From an uncultured Muribaculaceae bacterium (lineage in GTDB: Bacteria > Bacillota_I > Bacilli_A > RF39 > UBA660): 64,000 nucleotides of DNA. Position numbers and translations under genes: made by a program. Position 1 is the first letter of the stretch. Every line of letters starts with the position of its first letter. The notes beneath the pieces are model-generated. The model ran no database searches. It was not told the DNA's origin and saw only the letters and a list, made by a program, of their open reading frames with translations. The stretch spans positions 11,592 to 75,591 of the forward strand of contig CAZTRB010000005.1 of the NCBI GenBank assembly GCA_964616485.1, read 5' to 3'. Below, one piece after another: positions 46,428 through 56,767 of this stretch.

Positions 46428-47609
46428 CTATTTGTTAATTATTTCCACCGTATCTCTTGCAATCATTAACTCTTCGTCCGTCGGTACAGTATATACTAAG
46501 ACACTAGAGTCTTCACTACTAATTTTAGCAAAAGTACCACGAGCTTTATTAGCTTCATTGTCTATCTTAATTCCAAGACAATTTAGTTTCTCGATTATTT
46601 CTGCACGAGATTCAGGACTTCGCTCACCTATTCCCGCCGTAAAGCAAATAGCGTCTACTTTACCTAACTGAACATAATACTGAGCTATATATTTAACGAT
46701 CGAGTTAACGAACATCTCTTGAGCGAGAATACAGTTTTCATCTCCTCTTTTAATACCTTCTTCGATATCGCGAGAATCACTACTTACGCGGCTTACTCCT
46801 AAAAGACCAGATTTCTTATTTAAGTCATTCATTACCTCGGTAGCACTCTTTCCTTCTTTTTCCATAACATAAGGAATAATAGATACGTCGATATCACCAC
46901 TTCTTGTTCCCATTACGACACCGGCATGAGGAGTAAATCCCATCGAAGTATCGATACATTTACCGTCTCTAACAGCAGTTATACTAGAACCGTTACCTAA
47001 GTGACAAGAGATAATATTAATATCTTCTCTTCCTAATTCTTCCATCATACGAAGAGTAATAAACCTGTGAGAAGTACCGTGAGCCCCATATTTTCTAACC
47101 GAATAATCTTCATACCAAGTATGTGGTACCGGATACAAGTATCTCTCTCTTGTCATCGTTTGATGAAACGCTGTATCAAAAACAGCTACCATCGGAGTCT
47201 TTGGTAAAACTTCTCTAAAAGCCTCGATACACGTGACATTTGCCGGATTATGAAGTGGAGCAAATTCATTGAAACTAATTATATCTGCTAATACTTCATC
47301 AGTTATCATGATCGAAGAGACATACTTGTCTTTACCATGAACGACACGATGACCAACTCCCTCTATCTCTTCATAATTAGAGATTACTTGGAGTTCTATT
47401 AATTTATCTAATAAGAGTTTAACGGCTACTGCATGATTTTCTAATTCATTTTCAACAACGATCTTATCACCCTTATACTTTAGAGCATAACGTCCTCCCT
47501 CAATTCCTATTCTTTCAAATAGTCCTGATATTAAAACTTCTTCACTATTAATATCAAATAAAGAAAATTTTAAAGAACTACTTCCTGCATTAATCGACAT
47601 TATTTTCAT
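46428..47609 (-). CDS. ackA: acetate kinase
   Basis: MKIMSINAGSSSLKFSLFD N-terminus, HLGNGSS, full-length collinearity. Confidence 0.95.
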   Translation of the reverse strand: MKIMSINAGSSSLKFSLFDINSEEVLISGLFERIGIEGGRYALKYKGDKIVVENELENHAVAVKLLLDKLIELQVISNYEEIEGVGHRVVHGKDKYVSSIMITDEVLADIISFNEFAPLHNPANVTCIEAFREVLPKTPMVAVFDTAFHQTMTRERYLYPVPHTWYEDYSVRKYGAHGTSHRFITLRMMEELGREDINIISCHLGNGSSITAVRDGKCIDTSMGFTPHAGVVMGTRSGDIDVSIIPYVMEKEGKSATEVMNDLNKKSGLLGVSRVSSDSRDIEEGIKRGDENCILAQEMFVNSIVKYIAQYYVQLGKVDAICFTAGIGERSPESRAEIIEKLNCLGIKIDNEANKARGTFAKISSEDSSVLVYTVPTDEELMIARDTVEIINK

Positions 47610-47665
47610 AAATTTACCTCTTTCAATAAGACTATTTTAACAAAGATTACCTTATTTGTGAACAC

Positions 47666-48853
47666 TTACAACAAATATTCAAAATTATCTTCTTCTTTTT
47701 CGGTAATGGTAATAGTCTCTATCTTACTTATCGTCTCATCAATCTTCGTTTCATAATCGATCTTTTTCTCTTCTTCTAGACACTCACTTAAGTAAGGATG
47801 AATAACGGGATGCTCTGGTACAAAGATCGTACAACAGTCTTCGAAAGGAAGAATGCTCGTATTATATGTATCTATTTCCTCAGCTATCTTAATTATATCT
47901 AATTTATCCATGCAAGCGACGGGTCTTATAACGGGCATATTAGTAACTTCGTTTATAACCGACATACTCCTAAGAGTCTGACTAGCTACTTGACCTATTG
48001 ATTCACCATTTATTAACACTTGGCACTTTCTTCTCTTAGCATATTTATCAGCTATCCTATACATCATACGACGCATGATCGTAATCATATAATCTTTACT
48101 CATATTTTGATAAATCGCTTCTTGTATATCGGTAAAAGGAACGATATGTAATTTAATTTCTTTGGTATAAGCAGCTAATTTTCTAGTAAGAGTAATGACT
48201 TTCTTTCTAGCATCTAAACTAGTATGAGGAAGTGCTTCAAAATATAACATCTCGGCATTAATTCCTCTTCTCATCGAAAGATAAGCGGCTACTGGCGAAT
48301 CGATACCACCACTTAACATGACTAACCCCTTACCCATACTATTAAGTGGATAACCACCTAAACCATTATAACTATCTGTATATATATAGACATATTCATT
48401 TCTAATCTCGATACTTACTAATAATTCTGGATTAGTAACATTAACCTTTTTATCTTTAGTATTCTTAAGTATAAGCCCACCCATTTGTCTAGAAAACTCA
48501 AGACTAGAGACGGGAAAAGTCTTATCACTACGTTTCGTTTCTACTTTAAACGTAGAAAAACTTTTATCTTTGATTATAGATAAAAGTGTCTTTTCGATAG
48601 TTTCAATATCTTTACTTATCTTATAAGCTAAAACATACTTATGAATTCCAAAAGTCTTATTAATTACTTTTAAAATCTCTTCTTTATCTTTAATATCAAA
48701 CTCTATATACATACGAGCAAGATCTTTTCTTATTTTAACATTATAATTAAGTAGTTTTTCATCTAAATCTCTATAAAGTAGACCTATAAAGAAATTACGA
48801 TTATTCTTTTTAGTATTAAGTTCACCATACTTAATCATTATAACTAGATTCAT
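47666..48853 (-). CDS. thiI: tRNA 4-thiouridine(8) synthase ThiI
   Basis: THUMP N-half, PP-loop SGGIDSPVAAY; ATG at 48853 has AAAGAGG RBS (ORF-track start is GTG 6 nt upstream). Confidence 0.9.
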   Translation of the reverse strand: MNLVIMIKYGELNTKKNNRNFFIGLLYRDLDEKLLNYNVKIRKDLARMYIEFDIKDKEEILKVINKTFGIHKYVLAYKISKDIETIEKTLLSIIKDKSFSTFKVETKRSDKTFPVSSLEFSRQMGGLILKNTKDKKVNVTNPELLVSIEIRNEYVYIYTDSYNGLGGYPLNSMGKGLVMLSGGIDSPVAAYLSMRRGINAEMLYFEALPHTSLDARKKVITLTRKLAAYTKEIKLHIVPFTDIQEAIYQNMSKDYMITIMRRMMYRIADKYAKRRKCQVLINGESIGQVASQTLRSMSVINEVTNMPVIRPVACMDKLDIIKIAEEIDTYNTSILPFEDCCTIFVPEHPVIHPYLSECLEEEKKIDYETKIDETISKIETITITEKEEDNFEYLL

Positions 48854-48867
48854 AAGCACCTCTTTTG

Positions 48868-49482
48868 TTATTTTACTTCGGTAATATAGAGTTTTTCCTC
48901 TACATGGACAATGACTAAATCTACTTTAGTTGGATAAGATAAATTTTCGACATAAGTTATATCTACTGTCGTTTTAAAACACTTATCATCCTTTAAATCG
49001 TCTTTGATATAAGAACACTTACCTTCAACTAATTTAGAAGTAGCTTCTTTTACTATTGGAAGCTTTTGCTTTCTATCTCCATAAACATTATTCTCAACAT
49101 ATTTATAGATCGTATCTTTAGCTGCTAAAGAGAAATTATCTTTTGCCGGAACATAGATAAACTCTATTCCACCAATATCTGAATTAGTTACTTTGCTGTT
49201 TAAATCGTAAAAATCTGCTGCAAATAATTCACTTATAATCAAGGCATAATCTTCTTCGACAATAGTTTCATTATTTAAGACTTCTTTTAATTTCTCAAAT
49301 TTTTCTTTATATAAATCAGTCTTATTTTCGTATAAGACATAACCATATTTCTCAATAGTCTCTAAGACCTTAACTTCTTCTATTACTTCTGGAGAAGATT
49401 TGAAAAAATAATACCATACTCCTACAAAAGCGACTAATAAGACGATTAAAAATACTAAAAACCACATTACTTTTCTCTTCAT
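48868..49482 (-). CDS. hypothetical membrane-anchored extracytoplasmic protein (204 aa)
   Basis: N-terminal TM MWFLVFLIVLLVAFVGVWYYFF; no assignable motif. Confidence 0.5.
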   Translation of the reverse strand: MKRKVMWFLVFLIVLLVAFVGVWYYFFKSSPEVIEEVKVLETIEKYGYVLYENKTDLYKEKFEKLKEVLNNETIVEEDYALIISELFAADFYDLNSKVTNSDIGGIEFIYVPAKDNFSLAAKDTIYKYVENNVYGDRKQKLPIVKEATSKLVEGKCSYIKDDLKDDKCFKTTVDITYVENLSYPTKVDLVIVHVEEKLYITEVK

Positions 49483-49483
49483 A

Positions 49484-51568
49484 TTAACTCCCTTTAATAA
49501 TATCTTCTTCGTTTACTACCGTTAATCTAGAATTCTTTATCAAGTCATATATTAGAATGTCATTAGATACTCTTAGTAACTTATCTACAAATTCCGTATT
49601 CTTAACGACTTCTTCTTGATTGACAATAGCGTTACCAAATACATAAGTCTCTTTTTTTCTACTGTTATAATACATATCTTTATTTAACCAACTACCATTT
49701 GGAAAAGGTACGAGGTTATTCTCCTTAACGCTGAATATATCTCTACCCAATGCATAATTATTATAAAAACCAAACATGTTTCCTAAAGTCGGCATTACGT
49801 TATACATAGCCATCGGATAACTAATTACTTCTGGTTTAACATCAGAGTCTTTAGACCATATTATTAATGGGACTCTCTTGATAAGTTCATAATCATACTC
49901 ATTGAAAGGTACATAATCAGGATCTTCTTCATCTAAAACAGCATCGTTTTCTTTATCATAGTTATAGAAACGTACATAGTTATCAAATGGTAATTTAGCA
50001 TCGTGATCACCATAGAGTACAATGACTGTGTTTTCTAACAATCCTTTGTCTTCTAATTCTTCTAATAATACTCCTAAAGCATAATCGGCATAATGAGCAG
50101 ACTTAATATAATTACCAAACTTAGTTCCTTCCATATAAGGATAAACGATCTCTTCAGTCTCACCAATTTCCTCATTATAAACTAATTCTTTTATATCGAC
50201 GGCAAACTCACCGTATTTATCTACTTGATTAAAAGGAGTATGATTGGTAAGCATGATAAGTGTCGCATAATAATTATCGTGCTCTTTCGCTATCTCTTCT
50301 ATTTTTAATACCGATTGTTTAAAGAAAGAAACATCGGATAAACCAAGGCCGATTATTTCATCGATCTCGTAATCAGTCTTTCCATATAAACGGTCATACC
50401 CCAAACTTTTATGCATAACTCTTCTGTTCCAATAGTCAGCATTATTACCATGCATCGAAAAGGCATAATATTCTTTTTCTTTTAATAATTTTGGTATAGA
50501 AATATACTCTTTATCGGCATAATTGCCAAAAGCCGTACCGACATTAGCCGGCATTAACGAAGTGTTAAAAGTAAACTCCGTATCACTACTATTACCTACG
50601 TTAACATGGGCAAAAAAGTTATCGAAATAAAGCCCAGAAGACGCTAATTTGTTTAAATTAGGAGTTACTTCTTCGCCATTAAATTTTAATCCGATTAAGA
50701 AAGATTGAAGACTTTCACCGTGTATAGATATTATATTCTTACCCTCATATACATTGGTATATTTATTACTCTTTTCTTTTATTGGAGTTTCAAAATATTC
50801 ATTAAAGTTTTTAAGGGCATTATCAAATCCAAAAAGAGAAGCAAATTTAGGTTCAAGGCTTTTCACCATATCATTTAAATGATATGGAAAGATACCAAAT
50901 CTCATAACGATGTTTTCCCTATTCCACTGTCTCATTAAAGTACCATAATCATTATCTCTTAATTGTAATAAGAAAAATATCGTAGAAAAAACTGCAAAAG
51001 CAAAAGTAGCTTTAGCTAATTTTTTAGAAGTCTTTAAAAACCCCGTATTTTTATAATAATCGTTTTTTAAATAATGACGATGAAAATAATATAAAATTAT
51101 CGGTGCTAATAGATATAGAAGATCTTTGATTTCAAAGACATTTTCTATAACGGCATCTCCGACAGCAACGATAAACTTCATCGTCGAAAGTTGAGATATA
51201 GAAGCGAAAGAAGTATAGTTCGTATAATAAGAAGAGTTAATTAAACAAATAAGAGATAAGATAAAAGTAATTGAAAACATATAAGTAAACTTATATTTAT
51301 CTTTTAATAGATAAGAGATTGAACCGATCAATAATATAAAGGAAAAGTCTCCTAATAGAGGAGAATAGTCTAATAGATTATCAATCGAATTTATCGTTAA
51401 ATATCTAAGTAACCAAGCATTAAAAACATTTAAAAAAACAAACAATACAAATAATTTATTGTTCTTTAAATATGTTACAAAAGAATTTTTAAAATTTAAA
51501 AGACTTCCTTTCGGATTATTTTTAAATGTATTATAATTTTTTTTAATCTTTCTAAATAACTTCTTCAT
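49484..51568 (-). CDS. ltaS: LtaS-family polyglycerolphosphate (lipoteichoic acid) synthase / sulfatase-like membrane enzyme
   Basis: Five N-terminal TM helices then extracellular alkaline-phosphatase-superfamily domain (IHGESLQSF, FSMHGNNADYWNR, LTNHTPF, YGDHD). Confidence 0.8.
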   Translation of the reverse strand: MKKLFRKIKKNYNTFKNNPKGSLLNFKNSFVTYLKNNKLFVLFVFLNVFNAWLLRYLTINSIDNLLDYSPLLGDFSFILLIGSISYLLKDKYKFTYMFSITFILSLICLINSSYYTNYTSFASISQLSTMKFIVAVGDAVIENVFEIKDLLYLLAPIILYYFHRHYLKNDYYKNTGFLKTSKKLAKATFAFAVFSTIFFLLQLRDNDYGTLMRQWNRENIVMRFGIFPYHLNDMVKSLEPKFASLFGFDNALKNFNEYFETPIKEKSNKYTNVYEGKNIISIHGESLQSFLIGLKFNGEEVTPNLNKLASSGLYFDNFFAHVNVGNSSDTEFTFNTSLMPANVGTAFGNYADKEYISIPKLLKEKEYYAFSMHGNNADYWNRRVMHKSLGYDRLYGKTDYEIDEIIGLGLSDVSFFKQSVLKIEEIAKEHDNYYATLIMLTNHTPFNQVDKYGEFAVDIKELVYNEEIGETEEIVYPYMEGTKFGNYIKSAHYADYALGVLLEELEDKGLLENTVIVLYGDHDAKLPFDNYVRFYNYDKENDAVLDEEDPDYVPFNEYDYELIKRVPLIIWSKDSDVKPEVISYPMAMYNVMPTLGNMFGFYNNYALGRDIFSVKENNLVPFPNGSWLNKDMYYNSRKKETYVFGNAIVNQEEVVKNTEFVDKLLRVSNDILIYDLIKNSRLTVVNEEDIIKGS

Positions 51569-51613
51569 CCGTATACCTCGCGATTATATTATAGCAAAAA
51601 CAAACACTTCTTT

Positions 51614-52450
51614 CTAGTTTTTATTTCTCTCTTCTTTGTTTTTTAAATGGTTATATGAGTTTAAAATCATTCCTAAAACAAAGATATAAGATAAGACATA
51701 AAGCCATAGCATTAAGAATAAGAGACTAGACATGCTACCATAGAAAGTCTCATATCCAGTGTAAAAATCAATATAATATGAGTATAAAAAAGTACTTATT
51801 ACCCACATAATAGAAGTAAATAAAGTCCCAGCATTTAACTCTTTACTATTTAATCTAATACTAGGAGCGATATAATATAAAAATTTGACTGCTAAATAAA
51901 TAAAGAGAAAAGAGATTGGGTATTTAAATAAATTAAATACTAAATAATAAATACTATCAGTTATATTCGTATTAGTTACGATTGATCCGATTATTCTAAA
52001 TATTAAGTTACCAAAAGCAGGCACCAACAATAAGAAAACGAATAGTATAATAAGAACGATAAACATGAAAAAAGACTTTATCTTTTTCTTTAAATAGTTT
52101 TTATCGTCGACTTTATATATAGAATTAGAGGCAATTATTATCGAGTATGTCCCATTAGATGCTAACAAAACGGTCGGTATTAAAACTATCCATAAACTTA
52201 GACTCGAAATATCACTCTTAGATACTCCTATGATTAGATTAGCGACATTAGTAGGTAAGTTATTATGAATAATAGTCGTCATACTCTCCGAAGAGATACT
52301 AAATTTTGTCAAAACAGCACCGAGTAACACCAGTAAAGGGACTAACATCATCATTAAATAAAAAGCCAGGTGAGCAGGTAAAACACTCATCTCTGGCCTT
52401 TTTATAAGATTATATATTTCCTTGAAAAAGGCTGTTACTTTTCTCTTCAT
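51614..52450 (-). CDS. YihY/BrkB-family polytopic membrane protein
   Basis: LPAHLAFYLMMMLVPLLVLL and six TM helices characteristic of YihY/virulence factor BrkB family. Confidence 0.7.
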   Translation of the reverse strand: MKRKVTAFFKEIYNLIKRPEMSVLPAHLAFYLMMMLVPLLVLLGAVLTKFSISSESMTTIIHNNLPTNVANLIIGVSKSDISSLSLWIVLIPTVLLASNGTYSIIIASNSIYKVDDKNYLKKKIKSFFMFIVLIILFVFLLLVPAFGNLIFRIIGSIVTNTNITDSIYYLVFNLFKYPISFLFIYLAVKFLYYIAPSIRLNSKELNAGTLFTSIMWVISTFLYSYYIDFYTGYETFYGSMSSLLFLMLWLYVLSYIFVLGMILNSYNHLKNKEERNKN

Positions 52451-52462
52451 TTTAAGACCTTC

Positions 52463-54514
52463 TTACTTATATTCCTCTTTATCTTTACGCATTTCTAAAG
52501 TAGCTTCATTTATAGCATCATCAATCGTCTTTATCTCATCGATAATCATACTAAAACCAATAGCAGCACCAAATCCATAAGGAAGAGTCTTTAACTCTTT
52601 AGAAATCTTTTTAGCATAAGTAGTAACTTGTTGTTCACTGTATCCGACCAAATAAATTAAGAATTCATTTCCATCAGTTCTTATAATCTCAGTCTTTTCA
52701 AGCTGAGTATTAACTAAAATACTAGCAGCACCAATAATAAGCTTATCACCTTGATCATAACCATAATTGTCATTTACATATTTAACATTATTTAAGTCGA
52801 TTACGATTATACCTTGTGGATACTTATCACTATCATTCCATAGTTTTTTACTAAAGTTTAAGTAATTTCTATTCTTAAGAGAAGTTAACATATCAGTATA
52901 TTTACGACGCTCTTCTTTCTTAACATATTTTTTCTCTTTAAAACTTCTTAATATTAGAATAACGACTAAGATAGCTATGATAGGAATGATTAAGATAACA
53001 AAAAGTATTACATATAATTCTTCAAAAGAACTCTTTTCTAAAAGTGTTAGATTAAGACTGCTTAGACCTTCGTTACGATAATTATAATAAGAGTTAGTAC
53101 TTATTATATAGTCGAATATTTTATGTAAGACTTTATTGCTATCATCATTTTTAACCATAAAATTATAGTCTTTAGTAATCGTCGATTCAAATAAAATCTC
53201 ATAATCAGAAAACTTATTATTTTTGTAATAGTTATATACTTCTTTATCGACGACGACTAAGTTACCATTAGAACTCTTAAGTAGACTGTCTAGAGTTTGT
53301 GCTGGTACGAGAGCAGCTTTGCTACTATCTTTAAAATAATTATAAATAGCATTGTTTTCTAATAAGTATACTTTTCTACCTTTAGTCGACTCAAAAGTAT
53401 TAACGACAAACTTATCTTTAGCTTTTCCTAAGACGACATATTTCTCGATAAACGGAGAAATAGTAGGTACGTAATTACTATGTTCAAAATCATAGTAATT
53501 AAAGTAAATATCAACTTCCCCCTTATTAATAGCTTCTTTTAAAGCTTCAAGGGTATCGTATTTATTAAAAGTTATTACCTTATCACTCATTAATCTTTGC
53601 ATCCTACCAATGTATTCAGCAGCTATTCCCGACAATTCCTTCTTGTCTTTTACTTCGTAAGGATAGTTTTCTACATAACCATAAATATAGTTTTTAGTTA
53701 AAAATTCTGTCTTTTCCTTATCGTTTATATTAGCGGCATTAATATAATAATCTAAAAGCATCTTATTATATACCGAGACGTAATTGTTCTTCTTCCAAGT
53801 CTTAAAATATTTAGTAACGATCTCGTTCATTCTCGAATCATTCTCTTTATCACTTAAAGAGAGAACGATACTTCTACTAAAATCGGTAAATATGTATTTA
53901 ATATGAAAATCTTCTTTTAAAATAGTCTCATTCAGATACATCGTATTAGGAATAATAATCATATCGATAGCGTCTTTTTCATAATCTTCAAAAAGTTTAT
54001 CGGCTTCTTCATAAGTCTTATATTTGACTTGACCATAACTCTTTAAATAATAAATTATCTCATCAGAATCGTTAGCTAAAATTCCAAAAGTCTTACTTCC
54101 CACCTCATTAATTGAGTCATATCTACCTTTTTCTTTACCAATCAAAGCATAGACTTCTTCTTGTAAGAATAAGTCTTTTTCACTTAATACTTCTTTATTA
54201 GTTAAAATTCTAAATCTATAGCCTTTAGAATCGATAACACTTTCTTTTAAAAAAGGAACAACATTAAATTCAAAACCAGTATCTTTACTAAAATCATCGA
54301 TAAATCTTCTAAAAACACCGCCGTTACCAAAAACAGGATAATCACTAAGAATACTAAAATCGACGACTGTCGCTTGATTCTCCTTAATCCATTTATTATC
54401 CGCTACCGTAAACGAATTTTGGTCTTCCTTATTAAAATAATAATATAACGATAAGAATGTCACTATCGCTATTATTAAAGGTATTATAAATAACCATTTC
54501 TTCTTAATTTTCAT
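52463..54514 (-). CDS. membrane sensor with large extracytoplasmic domain and degenerate GGDEF domain (DGNEF)
   Basis: TM1 aa 8-25, ~465-aa extracytoplasmic region, TM2 LYVILFVILIIPIIAILVVILIL, then GGDEF fold LTSLKNRNYL...IDLNNVKYVNDNYGYDQGDKLI...IIRTDGNEFLIYL where canonical R-x-GG[DE]EF reads R-T-DGNEF. Confidence 0.75.
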   Translation of the reverse strand: MKIKKKWLFIIPLIIAIVTFLSLYYYFNKEDQNSFTVADNKWIKENQATVVDFSILSDYPVFGNGGVFRRFIDDFSKDTGFEFNVVPFLKESVIDSKGYRFRILTNKEVLSEKDLFLQEEVYALIGKEKGRYDSINEVGSKTFGILANDSDEIIYYLKSYGQVKYKTYEEADKLFEDYEKDAIDMIIIPNTMYLNETILKEDFHIKYIFTDFSRSIVLSLSDKENDSRMNEIVTKYFKTWKKNNYVSVYNKMLLDYYINAANINDKEKTEFLTKNYIYGYVENYPYEVKDKKELSGIAAEYIGRMQRLMSDKVITFNKYDTLEALKEAINKGEVDIYFNYYDFEHSNYVPTISPFIEKYVVLGKAKDKFVVNTFESTKGRKVYLLENNAIYNYFKDSSKAALVPAQTLDSLLKSSNGNLVVVDKEVYNYYKNNKFSDYEILFESTITKDYNFMVKNDDSNKVLHKIFDYIISTNSYYNYRNEGLSSLNLTLLEKSSFEELYVILFVILIIPIIAILVVILILRSFKEKKYVKKEERRKYTDMLTSLKNRNYLNFSKKLWNDSDKYPQGIIVIDLNNVKYVNDNYGYDQGDKLIIGAASILVNTQLEKTEIIRTDGNEFLIYLVGYSEQQVTTYAKKISKELKTLPYGFGAAIGFSMIIDEIKTIDDAINEATLEMRKDKEEYK

Positions 54515-54525
54515 AATTCACCACT

Positions 54526-55269
54526 TTATTGAACATTCGTCCAAACAAACTTTGTCGCTCCTCTTCTTAAATAACCGATCATTGGAAATCTACTACCTTG
54601 TCGGCTTTTTATAGTATCGACACTAGCATCTATATCGCTAGCTTTCTTCGTGACTTTAAGACTACAAGTACCTTCGGTAGTTCCGTCTTTAACGAAACCA
54701 TATATCGTATGAGTACCATCTTCTTTTAAATCATACGTTTGTTTTTGATTATAGACTACTTCTTTTGCACTAGATAATCCATAAGATAATCCGGTTACAC
54801 GAGATAAGTCATTAACGAACCTAATCTCTATCTTATCGACAAAGTTACCATCTTCATCCATTTTACCCGTGGCCATTATCGTACAGTTATAGTCTTTATT
54901 CAAGAAAAACTCGATATCATAAAACTTTTTTTGTTCATCATTTAATACTTCCGTTACTTTAGAAGCCAAAGCCTTACCTGGCGCCATATCTGCAGAATCT
55001 TTAATCGTGACTATTACTTTTACTATTTTCCCACTAACATACGGTTTAGTAACTCTTACGACAATATCTTCTTTCTCAATTTCTGTCTTAATACTATCTA
55101 ATTGTTCTTTTGATATAAGCACACTCTCGATTCCATCAAGTCGCTCACCATAAACTGGCATCCCACTACTTCCGATAAATAAATTATATATAAAGTAGCC
55201 AAAAGCAATGACTACTATGTAAACTAAAATAATAAATACTGTTAATTTATGTTTTTTTATAAAATTCAT
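54526..55269 (-). CDS. hypothetical membrane-anchored protein (247 aa)
   Basis: N-terminal TM LTVFIILVYIVVIAFGYFIYNLFI; no assignable motif. Confidence 0.5.
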   Translation of the reverse strand: MNFIKKHKLTVFIILVYIVVIAFGYFIYNLFIGSSGMPVYGERLDGIESVLISKEQLDSIKTEIEKEDIVVRVTKPYVSGKIVKVIVTIKDSADMAPGKALASKVTEVLNDEQKKFYDIEFFLNKDYNCTIMATGKMDEDGNFVDKIEIRFVNDLSRVTGLSYGLSSAKEVVYNQKQTYDLKEDGTHTIYGFVKDGTTEGTCSLKVTKKASDIDASVDTIKSRQGSRFPMIGYLRRGATKFVWTNVQ

Positions 55270-55351
55270 ACTTCACACTCCAGTACACTAATTATATACC
55301 AATTTAAGTCAATAATCAAATCTAAGAAGAAAAAAAAGCAATATTTTTTTA

Positions 55352-56767
55352 CTACTTTTCTAACTCTTCTTTTATTTTTGCCATCAACGTCGCTGGGTTA
55401 ACATTTCCCTTTGTTTCTTTCATGATTTGACCCATTATATATTTAAGCGCTCTCTCATTACCACTCTTGTAATCGATGACACTTTGTTCATTGGCCAACA
55501 ACACTTCTTTAATCATATTATCGACGACATCATTGTCTATTTCTCTTACACCGTGATCATCTAATATTTTATCAACAGAATCTGTTGATAAAAGTAATTC
55601 GTCCAATATATCTTTAAATAATTTACTATTTATCTTACCACTATCTAAGTAATCGACCGTTTGTTTAAATTTTTCTCTCGTTAAATTTGTCTTTTCGATA
55701 GTCATATCGTTTTTATTTAAAAATGCTGCAATATCTCCTAAAAGAAGATTACTAGCAATGACAAGATTGATGTCTTCGTCTAAAAACTGATTTAAATAGT
55801 CAGAGACAACTCTATTTTGAAGAATCTTGGCACTATTAATTTCACTTATTCCAAAAGCCAAATATTTTTCTCTTCTCTCTTCTAATGACATAGGCATCTC
55901 TTTTTTCGTCTTAGCAATATATTCATCAGTTAAGATGACGAAAGGAATATCCGGTTCTGGGAAATAACGATAATCATTACCCGTCTCTTTTTTACGCATA
56001 AGTATCGTCGTATCAGTCTTATCATCGTATCTTCTCGTCTCTTCTGTTAAGACTTCACCTTTTTCTAATAAGGAAGACTGTCTCTTTTCTTCATACTCGA
56101 TAGCTAATCCGACATTACTAATCGAACCAATATTCTTTATCTCTATTTTAGTTCCTAACTTTTCAGTCTTACTAATCGAGACATTACAATCACATCTCAT
56201 GCTTCCTTCTTCGATTTTACAATTGGAAACATCGGCATATATTAAAAGATTTCTAAGTTTATCGACATATTTAACAGCTTCTTCTGCCGAGGAAATATCG
56301 GCTTCAGTAACTATTTCTACTAAAGGAACTCCAGATCTGTTGAAATCTAATAAAGATCTATTATCGGAATGAATACTCTTGCTAGTATCTTCTTCTATGT
56401 GAATATCATGAATCCTTATTTTCTTTAAACCGTTATCCGTGTCTATTTCGACATAACCATCTACTCCGATAGGTGTTCTGTTTTGTGTAATTTGATAACT
56501 CTTCGGATTATCGGGATAAAAGTAATTCTTTCTATCGAAATGCATTCTCTTATTTATCTTACAATTAAGTACTAAAGCCGCTCTTAAAGCGAGAGCAACG
56601 GCTTCTTTATTTACTAAAGGCAACGTTCCAGGATAACCCCAATCGATAAGAGTAGTACTAGTATTAGCCATTTTCCCATAATTGTTAGCACTAGCCGAGA
56701 ACATCTTCGTCTTTGTCTTTAATTCGACGTGTACTTCGATACCTACAGTCGTCTTATAACTACTCAT
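55352..56767 (-). CDS. gatB: Asp/Glu-tRNA(Asn/Gln) amidotransferase subunit B
   Basis: TTVGIEVHVELKTKTKMF N-terminus, full-length GatB collinearity; start at MSSYKT by alignment. Confidence 0.95.
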   Translation of the reverse strand: MSSYKTTVGIEVHVELKTKTKMFSASANNYGKMANTSTTLIDWGYPGTLPLVNKEAVALALRAALVLNCKINKRMHFDRKNYFYPDNPKSYQITQNRTPIGVDGYVEIDTDNGLKKIRIHDIHIEEDTSKSIHSDNRSLLDFNRSGVPLVEIVTEADISSAEEAVKYVDKLRNLLIYADVSNCKIEEGSMRCDCNVSISKTEKLGTKIEIKNIGSISNVGLAIEYEEKRQSSLLEKGEVLTEETRRYDDKTDTTILMRKKETGNDYRYFPEPDIPFVILTDEYIAKTKKEMPMSLEERREKYLAFGISEINSAKILQNRVVSDYLNQFLDEDINLVIASNLLLGDIAAFLNKNDMTIEKTNLTREKFKQTVDYLDSGKINSKLFKDILDELLLSTDSVDKILDDHGVREIDNDVVDNMIKEVLLANEQSVIDYKSGNERALKYIMGQIMKETKGNVNPATLMAKIKEELEK

